From Trichoplax sp. H2 (lineage: Eukaryota): a DNA stretch of 57,620 nt. The stretch is from assembly GCA_003344405.1 (NCBI GenBank), contig NOWV01000215.1, forward strand, positions 62,001 through 119,620, written 5' to 3'. Below, one piece after another: positions 51,405-57,620 of this stretch (position 1 is its first letter; every line of letters begins with the position of its first letter). The translations under genes and the position numbers were made by a program. The notes beneath the pieces were generated by a model. That model searched no databases and was not told the DNA's origin. It worked only from the letters and a program-made list of their open reading frames with translations.

Positions 51405-52248
51405 TAAATGAATCAAAGTTCTAGTTTTGATTTTAAAAAAGAAATTGCGTGCATGATGTCAAGGGTAAATAGGATATATTCAAAATCTATCTTTGTAAAT
51501 GGCAACAATAGGACCATATACTGTAGTTCTGCCTTAAATGAATATATTAACGATTAATATATTAGGTCCTCCGATTATTAGGTTGGTTCGAGACAACAAT
51601 AGTGGTTCAGATGACATCGAAATCAAGGAAGTTCAGTAATAGCTTACAATATTAATGATAGATCCTACCAAATAGGCCTGCAGAATTTTCATTAGCGGTA
51701 ATAGCCTTTATTAAAACCATTCGATAGCACTTTAGTGCTAGTAAGTGAAATTATAAACTGTAGCCGTTTTTGATAGTTCGGAAGATATCATATTCACATC
51801 TGTTACTGAAGTCAATTTCTTCTACTATACTCGGTATACAGTAATTAGTTGCTATGGGTTATATTAGGAAATCTATTTTAGTGAAATGACAAATTCTTCC
51901 TTCGTGTCTGATTTAAAAAATTAAATAGCCCATTCAATAATTGTATATGATTTCTACTGCACGAGCTTCATTCCTTATGCTATGATATCAGAACATGAGG
52001 CTACAAATTGTAACACGCGTACATCGAATGGAATGAATAAATCTGCAGGAAATATAATCGTTGTACCATAGGCTGAAATATTAACGCAAACCCAGATAGC
52101 TGTATAGAAACGTATAGATGCAACAGAATGGTTGAAATTCTTATCTTAAATCGTTAGTTTTTTTAATTAAATGAACAAATTATTCAATGAGGAGCTTCTG
52201 ACTACGCTTATTTATTTTATTGCTAGTGATACATGCTTTGATAGATTC
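51405..52248 (+). repeat. ~845-bp direct repeat, copy 2
   Basis: Near-identical to 45375-46217. Confidence 0.93.
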
Positions 52249-55200
52249 AAAGAAAGTATTACAGAATGAAGTGAAATTTACTTCACATTCGTGCTTTCCC
52301 TTACGCTTGCTATCTCCATATACTCACAATAATAATTAATGAATGCACTATCTAGTAACTTATATTTCTGTACTCTATCTGACACTTACATAATGTTTTA
52401 ACATCAACTTACGACGATCTATTTAGCATATTATATTTTAAAAATATTACCATGCACCTTTAGATGATGCGAAGATGACTTAGATCTTTGCAATTTTATG
52501 CAAATAAATGAGATTGTATACTTTGCTGTGGAATATATGCAGAATAAGAGCACATATCTTCATTGCATGTGCTTTTGCCCGTATAAAGGGTATCAATGAT
52601 ACTTTGTACTCTGTAACATTGAAAGCTCCTCTAAATGCCACCCTGACGTATTTCTTTTCAATGACTGACTGCAAGATATATATACGAGATAAGTCACAGT
52701 CAACTAAATGTGATGCCAATAAAAGATAACCAAACTGTTTGATATTAATATTACTCACAGTTAATAATTCCAGTTTGTTTATTAATATAGCCATCATTTT
52801 TATACGGCTTACAGCCTTATGCACTTATAAATAAGTGTAGTAGCCCAAGCATAACTACAGTAACTATCAGCATCGCATTATTTTAGGGGATTTTTTTTAG
52901 GCGATTTGACTGACATTAAAATCTTTTATATACTTTTAGTAATGGTATGTCATACGCACACCTTCATCGTTATGAATTAATTGGACAGTAATTTATATTA
53001 CCAGGACTGAATAAAAATGTATAACATTATAAATTACTCATCCCTACAGTTGTTACTCATAACATTTTTTGACATTGATTGAATGTGATGATGATCTCAT
53101 GTAGCGCTTCCTAAGTGGTTGTCATAATATAATCCCTAGGTATAAAATTAATTAACGCAACAGTAACGGGATACATCCGAGATATGTTTCAAATCTTCGT
53201 TGCTAAAACGGTAAAATCAGCTGTAGTTAGTGCCTATCTTCCAATGATGGAAGACTATATGTTGATCAAAGCGATTACCAATGCTTTCTATAAACCTCCT
53301 CATTATGCTTATTGAATTTATAACATTATCGAACTAAATTTGAGTTAATGTGTTTGATGTTGCTCCTAAAGTATGACTTACTATTGAAGTAGTGTGAAAA
53401 TTTTTACCTTGATGTCTGCTTTATACAAGTGCGTAGGTTACACATACCATGTAAAGTGATAACCTACTATTCGAACCAGCATACCTATAGTCACAAAAAT
53501 AAATTTTCATATTACTGTAAACCCTAACCCTAACTTTAATGCATGTTATCCTGTTGCGCCAGCCAAATCAAAATGGGAGGCATCATTAGTCTTACCTAAG
53601 CAAGAATTTTTCTTCTGCCTAAGGCAATATTATTCGCCTCATCGCAGTTGCAAGAGAAACTCCATAATCCAAAGTGTTGTACTACTTGCCTTAATATAAA
53701 TCAGTAAGCAAAAATCAATGTACGTCATCTTAAGGTAAGATCGTATGAGTACAGAATGGAGATAGAATGTAAGGGAAGGATTAATGTAAAATTATACCAG
53801 TTCTAAAGAACTACTCAAACGAGCTACAAAACTTTAAATTAAAAAAATTGTTCTATTAATAATAAACATCTCATTAAATAGTAACAAATGAGGTATGTTT
53901 ATCCAAAAGTTATCTGGGTGAAATTACATTTTAGGCGAACATAAAACGCGTGCACATGTGTAACAGCAAACGTGAAAACTATGTTATGTAGGTATGATAG
54001 AACATATATTATATAATAGATGCTTAACACATACTAACAACTTTAAATATGTATTAGTTATCTACCTTACTAACATATGTAATACAAAGGTAAAGAATAA
54101 ATTCACTAGTAAACAGTGTTACTTTGCTTGGTACTGGGCACTCAATTGTCTATTTAAATGGAGTTGACATAGACCTTGATTAATGGTAATTATTAGATCC
54201 AGAAGTCATACAAAGCGCTATCATTTTAAAATCAGTTTTACGCAATTATGAAACAGATTTTTTATATTCTTATACGAATTGGACAAGTTGAATAGATTGA
54301 GCTGAACTCTAGTGAATTTATTAGGGTAGCTCGCGATCGTGCATTCGCAGACTTTTTTGTAGTAAAGGACTGAAACGGAGTTTTTTATAGCTTTTAGTTT
54401 GAATTTATTGTTACTTTACTATAGAAAATACATAGAAAGTGATAAGTTTGGTAACTGTTAGTTGTAAATTAGGCATTTTTTCACAAGCTGTGAATAATGG
54501 GTTTTTTACCCTTACTAAATAAGAGATGATTATGGGTCGATGAATTCATACGGTAGGTAGTTCTGTCCTGCATACACAATGATATAATAACAAATTTAAA
54601 TAAGATTATTGTCACTTTAAAAAATAAGAACAGTAAATTACGTTGAATGATTAGCTGGTTTTCAGATACGCAATAGGAAAATGCGTTTATATTATGACAA
54701 AAACTGTTATATCCATTTTGGTTTCCCACAGTATGGGTATGTCGTGAGTTTCTGGTGCTTTCTATGCTCGATAGCCATGAATTTTAAATTTTGTATGTCT
54801 TTGTTTATCACGCTATTCCTATGATGAGACATACTAACGAAGTATACTGCCAGGCTTATATCCATTAAGGCTTTTTTAGGACTTTATTGTTGTGAAGGAG
54901 TTGAAATAAGTGTCTAATATCAATAAAATAAACAAATAATCGGTAAATTGACAGGAGCGTTTGTAGACGTATCGTGAAATAACCTTTTATGTTAGTATTT
55001 GCCATATATATAAGCGATGGAAATTAATCAGTAGGTGGGGCAACTAGAATTAGTTTCGCCATCTTAACAAAGGAGAGCCAATGGCGGGAATTTCCGAGTT
55101 ACGTTACTAAGCAGCAAAGGCTATAATTTAAATTCAAAGTGAATAATTGACGGTTGTTTTTCTAAATTTCAAGTTTTACAGACTGTGACTATTTTTAATA

Positions 55201-55417
55201 CTCATGCAGTTGCATTCGTCGCCATATCATGATCATCAATGCACAAAGTTATTATAGCTGTAAAGGCAAATTGGGAGCGGTTATAATGATTTCAATCCAG
55301 GCATATTTTATTTTAGTAGTACGTTAGATATTGTCGTATAGTTAATTATACGCGTAATCACATTTTTACTACCTGATGCATGGAAAAGACATACTGCCTT
55401 GAGAATATTTAGTAAAC

Positions 55418-57196
55418 ATGGATAATAAACCATTAAGTGAAAAATTAATATCTACACTTGATCAAGCAGACGATTACTACGATAATGGAAGCTATTACAA
55501 TGCAATAAAGTGTTATAATGAGACGAGCAAGGATGCGGAGCAGTTGGAGTGCATTGATGATAAAGATTATACCAGATTTACTTGTAGAAGTTGGATTGGT
55601 TTAATGAAGTCTAAATTTCAGCTTCATCAACTTGATAAAGTTAAGAAAGACTTTGAGGCAAAAAAGTCACATTTCAAAGAAAAATTTCTAAATTCTTTAC
55701 TTGCTGAAGCTCAGTATATAATGGGCAATGTAAGTATCGAAAATGGAGAGTATGATGAAGCTTTACGTAATTTTGAAGTTGCTATTCGAAATTTAAATTC
55801 GAATGAACCCAATAATTTACTAACTTTGGTTCAAGGTGGTAAAGCAAGTGTTTATATGTTACAATATAAATATGACATGGCTCGATCTGTTATTCTGAAG
55901 TCTGTAAGAGAACAATCAAGAAGCATGCAAAACAGCATTGAGAAAATGATTGAAAACGAGAAAACTGAGAAAACGACTGAAAACTGTAAACCTCAAAATG
56001 TCAAGAAGTCAATAACAGTACTACGAAGCATACAAAAAATTCTTGAGGAAACAACTGTAAACTCAACACCTTCAAATTTATCTAAGACACTTTTGGATAA
56101 ATTAAAATCTTCATTGCCGTCGGATATAAAAATGACTGTCAAGTTGGCCTTACTTAATGATACCATTGGCAATCTATTTTATATGCAGGGTGATTATCTT
56201 CGAGCTATAGATTGCTTTTGGCGGTCATATAGAATCAAGAAGAAAAACTTTAAAGATAACAGTTGGCACATAATAGATTCAGCGGAATATTTAGGAAAAG
56301 CTTACTTTGCTTTAGATCAATTAAAAGAAGCTAATAGCTGGTTCAAAATAGTAATAAAAAAAAATAAGGATTATGAAGAATACAACGATCATCAATTTTC
56401 GGCAAAAATTAATAACATTTTGGGTGAAATTGCTCTCAGAACTAGAAAAGTCAAGCGTAAGAAAGACAAGGAAAGTGATTATAACTCTTTTAAAGGGTCA
56501 ACGCTCTTTTACAACAGGGTTGTTAATGTCCCAGAAGATACGTATAGAAATAAAGTTGAATTGAGTAAAGCTTTCTATGGGATCGGAAAAGCATACTTAA
56601 AAAAATCCAGATTCAAAACAGCAAAGGAAAATTTAGTAAAATCCAAGGAAATTCTAAATGGAATATCAAACCATCGCCGCCTGTTGATTGCAGATATTCG
56701 AGATGAAATTGCAAAATTATATAAGAGTCTTAATAAGTTAGACGCCTCTAAAAAAGAGTACATGGAAAGTTTAAAATTTCGGAAAGAAATCTGCGATAAG
56801 TATAGCATCGATTTTGTGAGATCCTATTATAGTGAGACTAGATGGGAAAAATATATATGCAGTAACGACAGCATTCTAGCATCAGATAGAAGCTGCTTAG
56901 CAGATATAAAGAAACAAAAGCCATATGAAGAAATGAAGACAGCTTATCATAAACTACGCGAGATATATGAATTACTTTCAGGCCGTCCATATTCATTGAT
57001 AAATCGCGAAAATAATGGAAATAATGGAAATAGTTGCAATGAACAAGATATAGAAGACATTCAGTGGTTGAAGGACGAAATTGATAAGATAGCTAAATTC
57101 ATAGAGAAACCATTAGGTAGTAATGAAGGTAACGATGGGGAGACAAATGTCACGATACGGTCAGATAATTCAAGCGATCACCCAGGTACAAAATAG
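55418..57196 (+). CDS. Single-exon tetratricopeptide-repeat (TPR) protein, 592 aa
   Basis: Repeated TPR-like helices: AEAQYIMGNVSIENGEYDEALRNFEVA, ALLNDTIGNLFYMQGDYLRAIDCFWRSYRIK, SAEYLGKAYFALDQLKEA, SKAFYGIGKAYLKKSRFKTA, IADIRDEIAKLYKSLNKLDASKKEYMESLKFR. The ORF is uninterrupted over 1779 nt. Confidence 0.88.
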   Translation: MDNKPLSEKLISTLDQADDYYDNGSYYNAIKCYNETSKDAEQLECIDDKDYTRFTCRSWIGLMKSKFQLHQLDKVKKDFEAKKSHFKEKFLNSLLAEAQYIMGNVSIENGEYDEALRNFEVAIRNLNSNEPNNLLTLVQGGKASVYMLQYKYDMARSVILKSVREQSRSMQNSIEKMIENEKTEKTTENCKPQNVKKSITVLRSIQKILEETTVNSTPSNLSKTLLDKLKSSLPSDIKMTVKLALLNDTIGNLFYMQGDYLRAIDCFWRSYRIKKKNFKDNSWHIIDSAEYLGKAYFALDQLKEANSWFKIVIKKNKDYEEYNDHQFSAKINNILGEIALRTRKVKRKKDKESDYNSFKGSTLFYNRVVNVPEDTYRNKVELSKAFYGIGKAYLKKSRFKTAKENLVKSKEILNGISNHRRLLIADIRDEIAKLYKSLNKLDASKKEYMESLKFRKEICDKYSIDFVRSYYSETRWEKYICSNDSILASDRSCLADIKKQKPYEEMKTAYHKLREIYELLSGRPYSLINRENNGNNGNSCNEQDIEDIQWLKDEIDKIAKFIEKPLGSNEGNDGETNVTIRSDNSSDHPGTK

Positions 57197-57620
57197 TTGT
57201 ATTAAGAAGATAAACCAAATCATTTTTCGCACTCGATTTTGTATGTTAGTTTATGCACGAGTAATAAGCTGTATTTGACTACACTACAAATTTTCTACAA
57301 GTATTGTATTGTTTTATATGTCGCAAGGGTACTTGTAGCAATAGGTTACAGCTCTGATAATTGCTTACAAATGTGTTATGACAGTGAAGTTACGTATTAA
57401 AATAACTTAATTTATGTTGGTAACGGAGAATACGCTTAGATCATACACAGGTAATTTGAATCTTGATTTAAAATCAAGTGGAAATATAGGATTAGAATTT
57501 TGTACTGGATAACAAGTCTTCTAGGTTGTAATAAAACCAAAAATGATTTGAAACTCTTATTTGTGACCCAAACATGTACAATACGATGTATTCCGTGTTA
57601 TTGTAGACAAGAATTGCGTG

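Noticed and set aside
45375..52248. Direct repeats as LTRs of a retrotransposon
   Set aside because: No TG...CA termini, primer-binding site or gag/pol ORFs recognised; the interior holds an intron-containing gene.
52480..52824. Overlapping ORFs on both strands at 52.5-52.8 kb
   Set aside because: No recognisable domain or supporting exon structure.
53518..53534. Telomere-like AACCCTAACCCTAAC
   Set aside because: Only about two units; expected by chance.

Overview
AT-rich eukaryotic genomic DNA with short GT-AG introns and two 20-N scaffold gaps (43271-43290, 46218-46237). Gene content and style suggest an early-branching animal, probably a placozoan such as Trichoplax (inference). The left ~21 kb holds conserved intron-rich genes: the 3' part of REV3L (DNA polymerase zeta), akirin on the minus strand, and trifunctional GART. 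Two tandem-repeat arrays and a small inverted-repeat (MITE-like) insertion lie in and near akirin. The right ~36 kb looks like a fast-evolving accessory region. It has four bacterial-type two-domain GNAT (YitH/HolE-like) acyltransferase paralogues with uninterrupted coding sequences, two decayed class-A GPCR relics, a divergent phospholipid scramblase, a spliced CARD-NLS-CARD gene between ~845-bp direct repeats, and a single-exon TPR protein. The most interesting items are the GNAT array (a candidate horizontally acquired, expanded family with signs of 5'-UTR splicing) and the tandem-CARD protein. All family assignments come from motif recognition by eye; no database searches were run.
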